This document shows, one piece after another, positions 19,561-30,101 of a stretch of 64,000 nt of DNA; position 1 is the stretch's first letter, and each line of letters begins with the position of its first letter. The stretch comes from Terriglobia bacterium (GTDB lineage: Bacteria > Acidobacteriota > Terriglobia > Bryobacterales > Bryobacteraceae): the NCBI GenBank assembly GCA_025358575.1, contig JANYJA010000136.1, forward strand, positions 3,173-67,172, read 5' to 3'. The notes beneath the pieces were generated by a model. That model had not been told where the DNA came from and ran no database searches. It worked only from the letters and a program-made list of their open reading frames with translations. Both the position numbers and the translations under genes were made by a program.

Positions 19561-20133
19561 ATGAGCGTGAAGTATTCTAAAGGCCGCTACTTCCGCGACG
19601 CCGCCGATCTCGCTCGCCGCGCGCTCAATGCCAAGCCGGATGACGCCAATCTCCACTTCCTGGAGATCAAAGCCTACCAAGATGCCGGAGATTCAGCGGC
19701 TGCGTTTGAGATCGCAAGACGCGCGGTCGAGCGCTTCCCCCAATCCGCTCGTGCCAATTTCGAATACGGATTTCATCTGCAGAAGCAAGGCAACATCGCC
19801 GAGGCTCTGTCCTATTTGAAGAAGTCGATGGATCTGGACCCGGCTTACGAAGAGCCTTATTTTTTCTATGGCGACCTCTTAGTTTCCGAAGGTCTCAGCG
19901 AAGAGGCCATTCCCTATCTCCGCAACGCCATTCGCGATCGCAACGATTACGTGCCAGCGAGAGTCACTCTGTCCCGTGCGCTGATGAATCTGGAGAAGTG
20001 GCAAGAAGCCATTGAAGAACTTCAGCAGACCATTGCCCTCGATACCAAGCATCCGCAGCCTCATCTGTTGCTTTCGCAGATCTACTTTCGCCTGGGAGAT
20101 GAAGCCCGTGCTCGCGATGAAAAGCAGATATAG
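19561..20133 (+). CDS. tetratricopeptide-repeat protein (possibly N-terminally truncated)
   Basis: 190 aa from ATG 19561. TPR-like repeats (ANLHFLEIKAYQDAGDSAAAFEIARRAVERFP, GNIAEALSYLKKSMDLDP, etc.). No signal peptide. Confidence 0.6.
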   Translation: MSVKYSKGRYFRDAADLARRALNAKPDDANLHFLEIKAYQDAGDSAAAFEIARRAVERFPQSARANFEYGFHLQKQGNIAEALSYLKKSMDLDPAYEEPYFFYGDLLVSEGLSEEAIPYLRNAIRDRNDYVPARVTLSRALMNLEKWQEAIEELQQTIALDTKHPQPHLLLSQIYFRLGDEARARDEKQI

Positions 20134-20198
20134 TTGCGCCTCCGCCACGAAAACCCCGAGGTGCTGGAAGCCTCGCAGTCGCGGCCCTTTCCGGCGCA

Positions 20199-20840
20199 TT
20201 AGCGCCGCTTTTTCCAGTACCTTCCCGCACCCAGAATCAAGAGCGCGCCCGCGCCCAGTTGTGCCAGTGCACCCGGCTCAGGAAGCGGCGCCGGAGATCC
20301 GCCTTCACGGAAGACAAATGCCTGTTCCGTGCCAGCGCGTCCGGCGACGCCATTCACCTGCTCGATAAATCGGAAAGTGCTGAAATCGAAACCAGCGTAG
20401 CCGTTGGCCGCAGCGACGTCCGCGGCGTTTCCGTAGATAGCGGCGTCTTGCGTCAGGGATGCCGACCCGAAAACTCGCCAGATTGCATGTTGCAAACCAA
20501 CCTGCTGTTTATCATTCGAATAAGTCCGCGAGGATAGCCACGCGATTCGTTCATAAAGCGGCAGGGCATTGGCGCCACCGAAAAAGCCTGAAGTGGCCGC
20601 ATCGCCAATAGACAGAAGGTTAGCCTGCCACTTGTCACCAGGGTTTACGTCGTCAAACGTGTCGTAACAAGTCACCAGAGTGTAAGCGCCGTCGATTTTT
20701 ATGCGATACGGCATTACATAATAAGCTCCGTCATTCACGCCCGTCGGCGCATCCACGAAAGTGATCTGCGACGGTGGCGGTGTAGGCGTTGCTCCGGCCA
20801 CTGCGGCGAGTGCCAATAGCAATAGGAGCGCTTGTTTCAT
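20199..20840 (-). CDS. PEP-CTERM sorting-domain secreted protein
   Basis: Signal peptide MKQALLLLLALAAVAGA. The C-terminus PLPEPGALAQLGAGALLILGAGRYWKKRR is a PEP motif plus a TM helix plus a basic tail. Confidence 0.8.
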   Translation of the reverse strand: MKQALLLLLALAAVAGATPTPPPSQITFVDAPTGVNDGAYYVMPYRIKIDGAYTLVTCYDTFDDVNPGDKWQANLLSIGDAATSGFFGGANALPLYERIAWLSSRTYSNDKQQVGLQHAIWRVFGSASLTQDAAIYGNAADVAAANGYAGFDFSTFRFIEQVNGVAGRAGTEQAFVFREGGSPAPLPEPGALAQLGAGALLILGAGRYWKKRR

Positions 20841-20924
20841 GTGCTCATTCTGGCAGTCTCTAGTTGCCCGAACAATAGAGAATTTACCTTACTAGGTACC
20901 GGCTTATCCTGGTATCCTGTCAGT

Positions 20925-21437
20925 ATGAGATTTCTGCTTGGCCTGCTTGCGGGTCTCCTTTTGCTTCCGGCGGGCGCCTATGTCTATGTGCGGCTCGGGT
21001 ACGCGCCCGTGGCCACCGCAGCGCCCGCTCTTCCATTCGAACGCGCCATCACACGCACTGCCTTGAACGCGCGCATTCAGAAAGAAGCCCCGAAAGATTC
21101 GCCCGTGCCGTTGACCGATGCCAATCTGATTGAGGGCGCAAAAGAATATCGCGAGCATTGCTCGGTCTGCCACGGACTGATCAATCAGCCCGACACCGCC
21201 GCCGCCAAAGGCATGTTTCCAAACCCGCCACAACTTTTTAAGCATGGCGTTACCGACGATCCCGTCGGCGAAACTTATTGGAAAGTGGAGAACGGCATCC
21301 GCCTCACGGGCATGCCCGCCTACGTGAAGTCCGTTTCCGAAGACAAAATCTGGAAAATGAGCATGATGCTGGCGCGCGCCGACAAGCTGCCGCCCGACGC
21401 CACGGCCATCCTGCAGAAGCCTCTGCCGGTCGATTGA
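20925..21437 (+). CDS. membrane-anchored c-type cytochrome
   Basis: ATG 20925 (MRFLLGLLAGLLLLPAGAYVYV is the TM anchor). Single haem motif CSVCH at 21159-21173. Confidence 0.75.
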   Translation: MRFLLGLLAGLLLLPAGAYVYVRLGYAPVATAAPALPFERAITRTALNARIQKEAPKDSPVPLTDANLIEGAKEYREHCSVCHGLINQPDTAAAKGMFPNPPQLFKHGVTDDPVGETYWKVENGIRLTGMPAYVKSVSEDKIWKMSMMLARADKLPPDATAILQKPLPVD

Positions 21438-21475
21438 CATGCCATTTGACCTTGCCGCCGCCGCTCGGCCAGGAA

Positions 21476-22885
21476 ATGCTGCAGGATGGCTTCCATCCCG
21501 AATTCCCGCCCGAAGCCAATGCACAGCTTGCCGAGATCTCCGCACGATCCGCTCCCGCTCCCACTGACGGCATTCGCGATCTGCGAAATCTTCTGTGGTC
21601 CTCAATTGACAATGACAGCTCGCGCGATCTCGACCAGATCGAAGTCGCCGAGCGCGTGCCGGGAGGTATCCGCGTCAAGGTCGCCATTGCCGATGTGGAT
21701 TCGGCCGTCACGCGGGACTCGCCGATTGACCAACATGCATCGTCTGAAACAACTTCAGTCTACGCCGGCATCCATACTTTCCCGATGCTGCCGGAACAAC
21801 TTTCGACCGGCCTCACCTCGCTGAACGAAGGGGCCGACCGGCTCGCAATCGTCCTCGAACTGCTCGTTGCCCCCGATGGAAAGGTCTCCAACGATTGCGT
21901 GTATCGCGGCTTGGTGCGCAACCACGCGCAGTTGACTTACAACGCCACTGGAGCCTGGCTCGAAGGGGCGCCCGCGCCTCCGAAAGTCGGCTCGTCCCAA
22001 CCGTTGCAAGATCAGTTGAAACTTCAGGACGAGGCCGCGATGTCGCTTCGGAAACAGCGGCAGCTCTTGGGCGCTCTGAATTTTGACCGCATCGAGGCCC
22101 AGCCGGTGATCGCCGACGGCCAGGTGCAGGACATCAGAGCGCAGCCGAAGAACCACGCCAGCAAACTGATTGAAGACTTCATGATCGCCGGCAATGAAGT
22201 GATGGCTCGCGCGCTGCTCCATGCGGGCGTTTCGTCCATCCGCCGCGTGGTCAAGACTCCCGAGCGATGGCCGCGCATTGTTGAAATCGCCGCGCGATAT
22301 GGCGAAGACTTGCCTTCTGTAGCGGATTCGGCGGCGCTCAACGCATTTCTTCAGAAACGCAAGCTGGCCGATCCCGTTCACTATGCCGACCTTTCGCTGG
22401 CCGTGATCAAGCTGATGGGTCCCGGAGAATATGCTCTCGCGCGCGCTGGTGAAGCCGACGCCGGGCATTTCGCTTTGGCGACGCACGACTACACACACTC
22501 CACCGCGCCGAACCGCCGCTTTGCGGATCTAGTGACCCAACGGCTGATCAAATCGGTTCTCTCCAAGCGGCCCGCGCCCTATAACGACGACGAGCTCGAT
22601 GCCATCGCACGCAATTGCACGCTTAAGGAAGATGCCGCCCGCAAAGTGGAGCGCAACATGAACAAGCGCATCGCGGCCGTGGCCTTTCATTCGCGCATTG
22701 GCCAGAAATTCGCCGCCGTCGTGACCGGCGTCGGCCCCAAAGGCGTGTACGTTCGGGTGCTCGATCCGCCTGTGGAAGGCCGGCTAATGCACGGATTCGA
22801 CGGCGTGGATGTGGGCGATCAGGTCCACGTCACGCTGCTCAACACCGATCCGCAGCGCGGCTTCATCGACTTCGGAAGGACTTAG
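21476..22885 (+). CDS. RNB-domain exoribonuclease (RNase II/R family) with C-terminal S1 domain
   Basis: RNB core ([16 protein letters not shown]..., [26 protein letters not shown]) and an S1-like tail ([18 protein letters not shown]...). The 5' end is uncertain; see the finding on 21439-21478. Confidence 0.8.
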   Translation: MLQDGFHPEFPPEANAQLAEISARSAPAPTDGIRDLRNLLWSSIDNDSSRDLDQIEVAERVPGGIRVKVAIADVDSAVTRDSPIDQHASSETTSVYAGIHTFPMLPEQLSTGLTSLNEGADRLAIVLELLVAPDGKVSNDCVYRGLVRNHAQLTYNATGAWLEGAPAPPKVGSSQPLQDQLKLQDEAAMSLRKQRQLLGALNFDRIEAQPVIADGQVQDIRAQPKNHASKLIEDFMIAGNEVMARALLHAGVSSIRRVVKTPERWPRIVEIAARYGEDLPSVADSAALNAFLQKRKLADPVHYADLSLAVIKLMGPGEYALARAGEADAGHFALATHDYTHSTAPNRRFADLVTQRLIKSVLSKRPAPYNDDELDAIARNCTLKEDAARKVERNMNKRIAAVAFHSRIGQKFAAVVTGVGPKGVYVRVLDPPVEGRLMHGFDGVDVGDQVHVTLLNTDPQRGFIDFGRT

Positions 22886-22889
22886 AACT

Positions 22890-24983
22890 ATGCGCTTTGG
22901 CGTTCCTCTTTTGGTTTTTGCGATGGTGCCGCTCGCCATCGCTCAGCGTGACTGGAAAGTCTACGGAGGCGATTCAGGAAGCACGCGGTACTCCTCTTTA
23001 ACCCAAATCAACCGCGACAACGTTCACAAACTGCAAGTCGCGTGGACCTATGAAACGGGCGACGCTTTCGCGAACTCCGAAATGCAATGCAATCCGCTGA
23101 TAGTCAAAGGAATTCTCTACGCCACCACGCCCAAACTGCGATTGATCGCACTGGATGCCGCAACCGGTAAGTTACGTTGGCAGTTCGATCCGAATCCGGC
23201 GGATAGAGTCATCGGCAAGTCGCGCAGCCGTGGTCTCACTTATTGGGAAGCCGGGGACGACCGGCGCATTTTTCTTGTTGCACAACACTACTTATATGCA
23301 GTGAACGCGGACACCGGCAGCCTCGTGGCGGCATTCGGCAAAGGCGGGCGCGTGGACCTCCGCGAAGGTCTCGGCCGCCCGCTTGAGGACATTTCCATTT
23401 CCGCCACCAGCCCGGGAATTGTCTACAAAGATCTGTTGATATTCGGCAGCATCGTTAGCGAGACTCTTCCCTCGGCCCCGGGCGATATTCGCGCCTTCGA
23501 TACGCGCACCGGCGCGATTCGCTGGACTTTCCGCACCATTCCGCATCCCGGTGAATTCGGCTACAAAACCTGGCCGAAGGATGCCTGGACTTACATCGGC
23601 GGCGCGAATAACTGGACGGGCATGGCTCTCGATGAGAAGCGCGGGCTGGTGTTCGTTCCCACCGGCTCGGCTGCCTTCGATTTCTACGGGTCGAACCGTC
23701 GTGGTGACAATCTCTTCGCGAACGCGCTCCTCGCGCTGAATGCTAATGATGGACATCGCGTGTGGCACTTCCAAGCGGTGCGTCATGACCTGTGGGATCG
23801 CGACTTCCCCGCCCCGCCGACTCTGGTGACCATTCAGCGAAATGGCAAAGCTGTCGACGCCGTCGCCCAGATCACCAAGGCCGGCGTGGTATTCGTATTC
23901 GAGCGTGCCTCTGGCAAGCCACTATTTCCGATTGAATATCGCAAGGTGCCGGTTACGGATGTAGACGGCGAGGTCACCGCGGCCACGCAGCCTTTCCCGC
24001 TTAAGCCGCCGCCTTTCGCGCGCCAAATCTTCGACGAAGACACAGTCACCGACCGCACCCCGGACGCTCACCGAGCGGTGCTTGAACGTCTGCGAACGCT
24101 GCGGAGCGCGGGGCAGTTCGTGCCGCCCAGCTTGCAAGGCACCGTGATCCTTCCAGGCTTTGATGGTGGCGGCGAATGGGGTGGTTCCGCGTTCGACGCA
24201 ACTAGCGGTCTGCTCTACGTGAACGCCAATGAGATGGCGTGGATCATTCGCTTGGTGGATAGTCCGAAATCAAGCGGGCCTGTGACCGGGCATAGCTTGT
24301 ATTCCCTAAAGTGCGCCACTTGCCATCGCGATGACAGGCGCGGAACGCCGCCGGAGTTCCCGTCGCTGGTGGGGATCGGGGGGCGTCACTCTCTGTCCGA
24401 GATCGAGACCGTAATTCGCAAAGGCAACGGCCGAATGCCGGGGTTCGGGTATATGAAATCTGGAGAGATTCGTGCAGTTACGCAGTTCCTCGCGACCGGC
24501 GAAGATAAGGAAATCGCGCTTGCTGAAACGCCTGCAAGTTCGCCAATGATCCAGAGATACCGCTTTGAAGGCTATAACAAATTCCTTGACCCGGACGGCT
24601 ACCCGGCGGTGAAGCCGCCATGGGGGACGCTGAACGCCATCGATCTGAACAAGGGCGAAATCGCCTGGAAAATTCCTTTTGGCGAGTTCCCGGAGCTCGC
24701 GGCCAAGGGAATTCCAACCACCGGAAGCGAGAATTATGGAGGTCCGATTGTCACCGCGGGAGGCGTGCTGTTCATCGGCGCCACCACGCATGACAGGAAG
24801 TTTCACGCGTACGATAAGAGCACCGGAAAGCTGCTGTGGGAGACGGTACTGCCAGCGGGCGGAAATGCGACCCCCGCCACCTATGAAGTGAACGGGAGGC
24901 AGTTCGTTGTAATCGCCGCGGGAGGCGGAAAGGCTGGCGCGCCCTCAGGCGGTTCGTATGTCGCGTTCGCGCTACCGGAATAA
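22890..24983 (+). CDS. PQQ-dependent dehydrogenase (glucose/quinate/shikimate-type beta-propeller) with an embedded cytochrome c domain
   Basis: ATG 22890 with signal peptide [53 protein letters not shown] is the typical quinoprotein N-terminus. CATCH at 24312-24326 is followed by more propeller sequence ([35 protein letters not shown]). Confidence 0.85.
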   Translation: MRFGVPLLVFAMVPLAIAQRDWKVYGGDSGSTRYSSLTQINRDNVHKLQVAWTYETGDAFANSEMQCNPLIVKGILYATTPKLRLIALDAATGKLRWQFDPNPADRVIGKSRSRGLTYWEAGDDRRIFLVAQHYLYAVNADTGSLVAAFGKGGRVDLREGLGRPLEDISISATSPGIVYKDLLIFGSIVSETLPSAPGDIRAFDTRTGAIRWTFRTIPHPGEFGYKTWPKDAWTYIGGANNWTGMALDEKRGLVFVPTGSAAFDFYGSNRRGDNLFANALLALNANDGHRVWHFQAVRHDLWDRDFPAPPTLVTIQRNGKAVDAVAQITKAGVVFVFERASGKPLFPIEYRKVPVTDVDGEVTAATQPFPLKPPPFARQIFDEDTVTDRTPDAHRAVLERLRTLRSAGQFVPPSLQGTVILPGFDGGGEWGGSAFDATSGLLYVNANEMAWIIRLVDSPKSSGPVTGHSLYSLKCATCHRDDRRGTPPEFPSLVGIGGRHSLSEIETVIRKGNGRMPGFGYMKSGEIRAVTQFLATGEDKEIALAETPASSPMIQRYRFEGYNKFLDPDGYPAVKPPWGTLNAIDLNKGEIAWKIPFGEFPELAAKGIPTTGSENYGGPIVTAGGVLFIGATTHDRKFHAYDKSTGKLLWETVLPAGGNATPATYEVNGRQFVVIAAGGGKAGAPSGGSYVAFALPE

Positions 24984-24997
24984 AAGTTGTCACCTGC

Positions 24998-25708
24998 TCA
25001 TTGCTGGCGCAAAAACAATGCGTCCACTTGTAAAAGGTGGCCTGAGTGGGGATCCGTAAAGATGGGCTCCATCCAGACACACCTGAAACCGCTCTCTCGG
25101 AGTAGCTCACACATTTGGGGCAAAAGTATCTGGTTTTTATAAAGCGGAGAAAGGGACATTTCCAGTTCCATGCTCACGACCTTCCTGAGTGTTTCGCGGG
25201 CACCGAGCAGCACGTCCGCCTCGGTGCCTTGTGTATCTAACTTCAGGTGCACTCGATCTGCCGGTTGAAGAATTTCACTTCGGATTGTATCCAGCCGCTT
25301 TAGTTGGACGGTTTCGATGGAAACACACGCGGAGGAGGGACAAGCCCGGACAGACGCGTCACACACTTCGAGAAGTGAACTCGACTGGACATTCTCAGAC
25401 ACGTAAATAGGCGTGGTTCCGTCAGTTCTACCCAATGCAACCTGTCGGCATTCGTGATTTCGATGACCCCCCGCGTATTCTTGGAGCTTATGAAATGGAA
25501 CGCTCAAAGGTTCAAACGACACGATGCGCCCTTTGTAACCCGTTCGATGTATCTCCCGAGCATACTGGACCACATTGGCTCCGACATCAAGGACCACTGT
25601 AGTAGCGAGTTCTTTCAGATAACGGGAGCGTTGGTAACTCAATGTGTTCGCGATCCGACCGACTCGGACTCCTACCATTCCAAAGATTTTCTTGGTTAGG
25701 GTAACCAT
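24998..25708 (-). CDS. FkbM-family methyltransferase
   Basis: 236 aa. VVLDVGANVVQYAREI...RIVSFEP is the FkbM/SAM-MTase motif region. Visibly lower GC than the neighbours. Confidence 0.75.
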   Translation of the reverse strand: MVTLTKKIFGMVGVRVGRIANTLSYQRSRYLKELATTVVLDVGANVVQYAREIHRTGYKGRIVSFEPLSVPFHKLQEYAGGHRNHECRQVALGRTDGTTPIYVSENVQSSSLLEVCDASVRACPSSACVSIETVQLKRLDTIRSEILQPADRVHLKLDTQGTEADVLLGARETLRKVVSMELEMSLSPLYKNQILLPQMCELLRESGFRCVWMEPIFTDPHSGHLLQVDALFLRQQ

Positions 25709-25775
25709 AGCACTAATCTAACAGCCAGCCGCCACCGCATTGCTCCAAACACACTGGAGGCGAATGAGCGAGCCG

Positions 25776-26804
25776 CTAACGCATCCGCGGCCGGACGGTA
25801 GGATGCCATAACTGCTCCCACAGGGCCGCGGCGTAGTCGAGGTGGCCTTTTGACGTCGGATGATAACCGTCACTGCTTATCAGTCCTCGGTTCACCGCCC
25901 CGGAGTATTCTCCCCACCGCTTGTACATATCCACATACATGACCCCAGCGGCTCTTGCCACTTGTTCGTTTACCCTTACATAATCGCTCTGGTGAGGGTT
26001 GAGCGTGTCTGCATCTTTGCGCGGATTTTCGCTGACCACGATCACGGCTCCGAACCGGCTGGCGTACGCTACTAATCGCGAAAGAGCCGCTTCATACTGG
26101 TCTAGAGGCACGCCCGAACCGATGTCATTCATGCCAAGGGAAACGATTGTGAGCGTGGGCGCGAGAACGTCTAAAAATCCCAAAGAGTCCGTCGAGGGGC
26201 TTAGATCTATTAGCCTTCGACCTGACTGTGAAATATTGTTCACAAGCACGCCATCGTTTCCAGTTTCCGCGGAGAGACCCCAAATATAGGCCTTCCCTGA
26301 ATTCGGGACGTCAACTTCTACCCAGTGCCAGCCGAAATTTCCGGTAGCGATAGTCTCTTTCATGTAAGTCGGAGTACGGCAGTCCCCGCGACCGACGGGA
26401 TGCGGGATGCTGTCGACCACTAACGTGAACGGCGTACTATCGGGCATACAGAGATAGAGCAAGTCGAGGCTTTCACTATCACGGTAGACCGTTAATTTCG
26501 CGACTGCTCCATTCTTCCCGGAAACCGCCGAGCCGAATGGGCCGTATGCGGATTCGGAGTTCCACGCACCTGTCATTACCCATGCTCCCGACCAAATCGA
26601 GAAGAAGCCGGGCCCTCGGTCACCAAGCGAATAGGCCAAATGCGTTCGGAGGTTCTCCACATAGGAGTCTCCGTAGGAAATAGAATCCCCGAGAACAACT
26701 ACATTCGGGTTGGGACGCTGTAGCGAGGGAAGTGTGGCAGCCTGAGCGCCGAAACCAGCACAAAATAAGATAACAACAATACTCGCAAAGATTCTTGTCA
26801 ACAT
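25776..26804 (-). CDS. secreted SGNH/GDSL-family hydrolase
   Basis: Signal peptide, block I VVVLGDSISYGDS, block III GMNDIG, block V DGYHPTSKGH. Confidence 0.75.
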   Translation of the reverse strand: MLTRIFASIVVILFCAGFGAQAATLPSLQRPNPNVVVLGDSISYGDSYVENLRTHLAYSLGDRGPGFFSIWSGAWVMTGAWNSESAYGPFGSAVSGKNGAVAKLTVYRDSESLDLLYLCMPDSTPFTLVVDSIPHPVGRGDCRTPTYMKETIATGNFGWHWVEVDVPNSGKAYIWGLSAETGNDGVLVNNISQSGRRLIDLSPSTDSLGFLDVLAPTLTIVSLGMNDIGSGVPLDQYEAALSRLVAYASRFGAVIVVSENPRKDADTLNPHQSDYVRVNEQVARAAGVMYVDMYKRWGEYSGAVNRGLISSDGYHPTSKGHLDYAAALWEQLWHPTVRPRMR

Positions 26805-26921
26805 TTCCCCTGTGAACTCTCAGTTATAATACGACAGCCGTATAGTGCTTGTGGCACAAACTGTTTCAATATTTTCTGTAGTTGGCGGAGGATTGTTATA
26901 AATCATCCAGCGAGAACACCG

Positions 26922-27392
26922 CTAGCCTTTTTCGACCGGATAACCTTTTTCAACCCAATCGGCGTGCAGGTTCGTCGGAATCACCAACGCCTTCACGCGC
27001 TCGTAGCCCATTTGCTTGATGGCACGAAACGCAGGATCCACATTCGGACAGTCTTGCCAAGGGCAGCAGCCGCAGTAAATCACGATCTCACGGTCGTGCG
27101 CGATCCCCGCCAACGCCTTCTTCAGCAGCTCACGATCAGCGGATTTCGATCCTGCCCCCGCATAGATTGAGCCCGGAATGTGCGCTCCTCGATAGAGAAC
27201 GGGGAATCCGACGTGGAGGATTAAGGGGCGGCCCGACGCAGACCCGAGCGCCGCCGCGAGATCTTTCGGCTGAATCAGGTCAGATTCTTTCCAGGAGTCT
27301 GAACTCTTCGGCTGCGCGGCCAGAACGCCGGAGAGACAGGAACCAATCACGCCAATGGCAAGTCGGCGCGTGGGTTGCTTCGTGGAAGGCAT
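26922..27392 (-). CDS. rhodanese-like domain protein with Tat-like signal
   Basis: ATG 27392 (MPSTKQPTRRLAIGVIGSCL). Rhodanese-like core with a Cys-rich loop EIVIYCGCCPWQDCPN. Confidence 0.55.
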   Translation of the reverse strand: MPSTKQPTRRLAIGVIGSCLSGVLAAQPKSSDSWKESDLIQPKDLAAALGSASGRPLILHVGFPVLYRGAHIPGSIYAGAGSKSADRELLKKALAGIAHDREIVIYCGCCPWQDCPNVDPAFRAIKQMGYERVKALVIPTNLHADWVEKGYPVEKG

Positions 27393-27479
27393 ATTTACAT
27401 GTTCGCTCAATTCCCGCTTTCGATGTGCCGAAATAGGAGTATCCTGAATTCGTCATCACTATCGGAGGCACTAATCCCT

Positions 27480-28781
27480 ATGAACCGAAGATATTTCCTG
27501 ATGGGATCCGCCGCGTTGGGTACGGCGCTGGCGTCACCGAAAAGCTCCAGCGGCACTGTCCGTATCGCGTGCGTTGGACTTCGCGGCCGGGGCAAATCGC
27601 ACCTGCAGGCCTTCACCACGCTTCCGAACGTCGATGTGGTGGCGATCTGCGATATCGATCAATCCGTCCTCGCCGACGCCAGCAAGTTTGTCGAAGGCAC
27701 GGGCAAAAAAGCTCCCGCCCCCTATACCGACCTTCGCAAACTGCTTGAGGATAAATCCATCGACGCGATTTCCATCGCGACCCCGAACCACCAGCACACG
27801 CTGCAAACCATTTGGGCGTGCCAGGCGGGAAAGGATGTCTACGTCGAAAAGCCGTGTTCACACAATATGTTCGAGGCTCGGCAGATTGTCGCGGCGGCAC
27901 GCAAGTACGACCGCATCGTGCAACAGGGGAGCCAGAGCCGCTCTGCCGTGGCTCTGCAGGAAGCGGTTCAGAAGATGCGCGACGGATTTCTGGGCGAAGT
28001 TTACATGGCGCGCGGGCTTTGTTACAAGTGGCGCAAAACGATTGGGCACACGCCCGAAGAACCTGTGCCCGCCGGGGTGGATTACGATCTTTGGCTCGGG
28101 CCCGCCCGGCAGCACGCTTTCACCAAGAACCGCTTTCATTACAACTGGCACTGGTTCTGGGAATACGGGAACGGCGATCTGGGAAATCAGGGCGTCCACG
28201 AAGTTGACATCGCGCGTTGGGGATTGGGCGTTAAGTATCCCACCAAAGTTTCGGCCATGGGTGGGCACTTCATGTTTGACGACGACCAGGAAACGCCGAA
28301 TACCATTACGTGTTCTTACGAGTTTGACGCGGCTGGCAAGAAGAAGCTGATGACTTTCGAAGTCCGCCACTGGATGACGAACCACGAAGCGGGCATTCAC
28401 GAGTTCGACGAGAGCGTGAAGAGTAACACCGTCGGAAACATCTTTTATGGCTCGGAAGGCTATTTGGCTATCGACGGTTACGTGAAATACGAAACGTGGA
28501 TGGGTAAAGATCAGACTCCGGGACCGAGCGCCAACCAGGGTGGCGACCACTTTGGGAACTTCATCGATGCGGTAAGGAGTCGGCGGCGCGAGTTGCTCGC
28601 CGCCGAAATTGAAGAGGGTGCCATCTCGACGACGCTGGTTCACCTCGCGAACATATCCTATCGGCTGGGCCGCACTTTAAACTTCGATGCCGCTACTTAC
28701 TCAGTAACCGGCGACGCCGAGGCTAACCGCATGTTCACGCGTGATTACCGGGTGCCATTTGTGGTGCCGAAGTTGGTGTAG
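27480..28781 (+). CDS. Gfo/Idh/MocA-family oxidoreductase with twin-arginine signal
   Basis: MNRRYFLMGSAALGTALA (Tat motif). Rossmann segment IACVGLRGRGKSHL, then the family motif VYVEKP. Confidence 0.85.
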   Translation: MNRRYFLMGSAALGTALASPKSSSGTVRIACVGLRGRGKSHLQAFTTLPNVDVVAICDIDQSVLADASKFVEGTGKKAPAPYTDLRKLLEDKSIDAISIATPNHQHTLQTIWACQAGKDVYVEKPCSHNMFEARQIVAAARKYDRIVQQGSQSRSAVALQEAVQKMRDGFLGEVYMARGLCYKWRKTIGHTPEEPVPAGVDYDLWLGPARQHAFTKNRFHYNWHWFWEYGNGDLGNQGVHEVDIARWGLGVKYPTKVSAMGGHFMFDDDQETPNTITCSYEFDAAGKKKLMTFEVRHWMTNHEAGIHEFDESVKSNTVGNIFYGSEGYLAIDGYVKYETWMGKDQTPGPSANQGGDHFGNFIDAVRSRRRELLAAEIEEGAISTTLVHLANISYRLGRTLNFDAATYSVTGDAEANRMFTRDYRVPFVVPKLV

Positions 28782-28798
28782 GCCTAGCACTAACCGCG

Positions 28799-29614
28799 TT
28801 AGCCGTCCTTCTTATACACATGCGGATTCTTAAATAGCTTCTCGCCGACCGCTTTCTTCACTACCGTCCGCAGAAAATTGTCGCTCTGCATTGCGAGATC
28901 TTTCAGCGTTTCGCCGGGGCGACCGCGAAAGCTTGTGACGTGGTAGCTGCTGTCGTTGTCGACTGGCTGCGGGGAGAAGTAATAGTTTGAGACGCAACAA
29001 CGGCGGCTATCGGCTTTTACCTGGCTGACGCTGTGCCACGACGTCTTGTTAGTCACCATCACCACCAGACGGTTAAAAGCACTGGTAAGGGTGCGCTGCA
29101 GTTCCTGCGGGCCGCGGTCCCACAACTCCAAGTTCCCGCCGTTCTCCTCGCACCAGTCGGGAGTTACGTAGTAAAGAAGATTCAACGCCCGGTAGTTGCG
29201 CTGGTCCTTGTCATGCGAGTTATCGAGATGCGGGTTCAGATAATGCTCCTTACACATCACGCTGATGCCCCCGGCATAGAGATGCTCGTCGGGGAATAAG
29301 CCTTCGATGGCTGTAATGCGCGCGATTAGTTCGACGATTCCGGGATGTTGAAATGCGTAGACCGTCTCTTCGAGAATGCGCGGGTAGCGGTCCATCTGTA
29401 CGCCCACTAGCTTGTCCTGGCCGAGATTTTTCTTGCGGACCAGATCCGAATCAGCCGGAAAAGCTGCGTAAATCTGGCGCGCAAGATCGGCCGGCAATAG
29501 GTTATCCACCACGAACGACCCCACGCGGCCAGGGACCGAAAACTCCGAGCGGAGCGCGTCCTGAAGCGGTGCCAACCGGCTGACGATGAGCGCGCCGATT
29601 TCCGTGCGCGTCAT
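28799..29614 (-). CDS. 2OG-Fe(II) oxygenase superfamily protein
   Basis: 271 aa. HLDNSHD (HxD) ... GGNLELWD ... SWHSV (distal His), typical of prolyl-hydroxylase-like dioxygenases. Confidence 0.7.
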   Translation of the reverse strand: MTRTEIGALIVSRLAPLQDALRSEFSVPGRVGSFVVDNLLPADLARQIYAAFPADSDLVRKKNLGQDKLVGVQMDRYPRILEETVYAFQHPGIVELIARITAIEGLFPDEHLYAGGISVMCKEHYLNPHLDNSHDKDQRNYRALNLLYYVTPDWCEENGGNLELWDRGPQELQRTLTSAFNRLVVMVTNKTSWHSVSQVKADSRRCCVSNYYFSPQPVDNDSSYHVTSFRGRPGETLKDLAMQSDNFLRTVVKKAVGEKLFKNPHVYKKDG

Positions 29615-30046
29615 CTACTTTATCGGCGAATAGTCGGTCGGATCCATGAACGTAGACGTCACGTGATCCACAATTTTGCCGTTCGCTTCGGAAGCTTTCT
29701 GAACCGCCTGCCATTCGGGATCGGCGCCGAATGCGTCCCAGTTTTTCTTGGCGGCATCGCGGCTTTCGTGCGAGATAATGTAGATGAGCGTATTCTTCGA
29801 AAGCGGCTCATCCTGCGGGACCCAGTAGCCAACGTTGGTCATCCCATGCTTCTTAAAGATATCGGTGGTGTGCTCGCGGAAGCGCTTGTGCAAGTCGTCA
29901 AGCTTGCCGGGAAGCGTGGTGTAGGTGCGCAATTCGAAAACCTGGTTGCTCATGGCGTGTACGGTTTGGTGGCGCGTGCCGATTTTGTAGCCGGTGTAGA
30001 GCAGCGCTCCGGCGAGGGCGAATTGCAATAGGAATCTCTTAAACAT
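29615..30046 (-). CDS. NIPSNAP-family protein with N-terminal anchor/signal
   Basis: ATG 30046 (MFKRFLLQFALAGALLY). FELRTYTTLPGKLDDLHKRFREHTTDIFKKHGMTNVGYW is a NIPSNAP signature. The stop abuts the start of the oxygenase gene. Confidence 0.7.
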   Translation of the reverse strand: MFKRFLLQFALAGALLYTGYKIGTRHQTVHAMSNQVFELRTYTTLPGKLDDLHKRFREHTTDIFKKHGMTNVGYWVPQDEPLSKNTLIYIISHESRDAAKKNWDAFGADPEWQAVQKASEANGKIVDHVTSTFMDPTDYSPIK

Positions 30047-30101
30047 GTCGCCTGATTCTACAACGGCTGGCGGGTGCTTGGTAACATGAAACTTCATCCA
30101 C

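Noticed and set aside
20134-20198. A CGAGG-N9-CCTCG hairpin between the convergent TPR and PEP-CTERM genes, considered as a bidirectional terminator.
   Set aside because: The stem is only 5 bp and there is no flanking U/A tract, so it is too weak to call.
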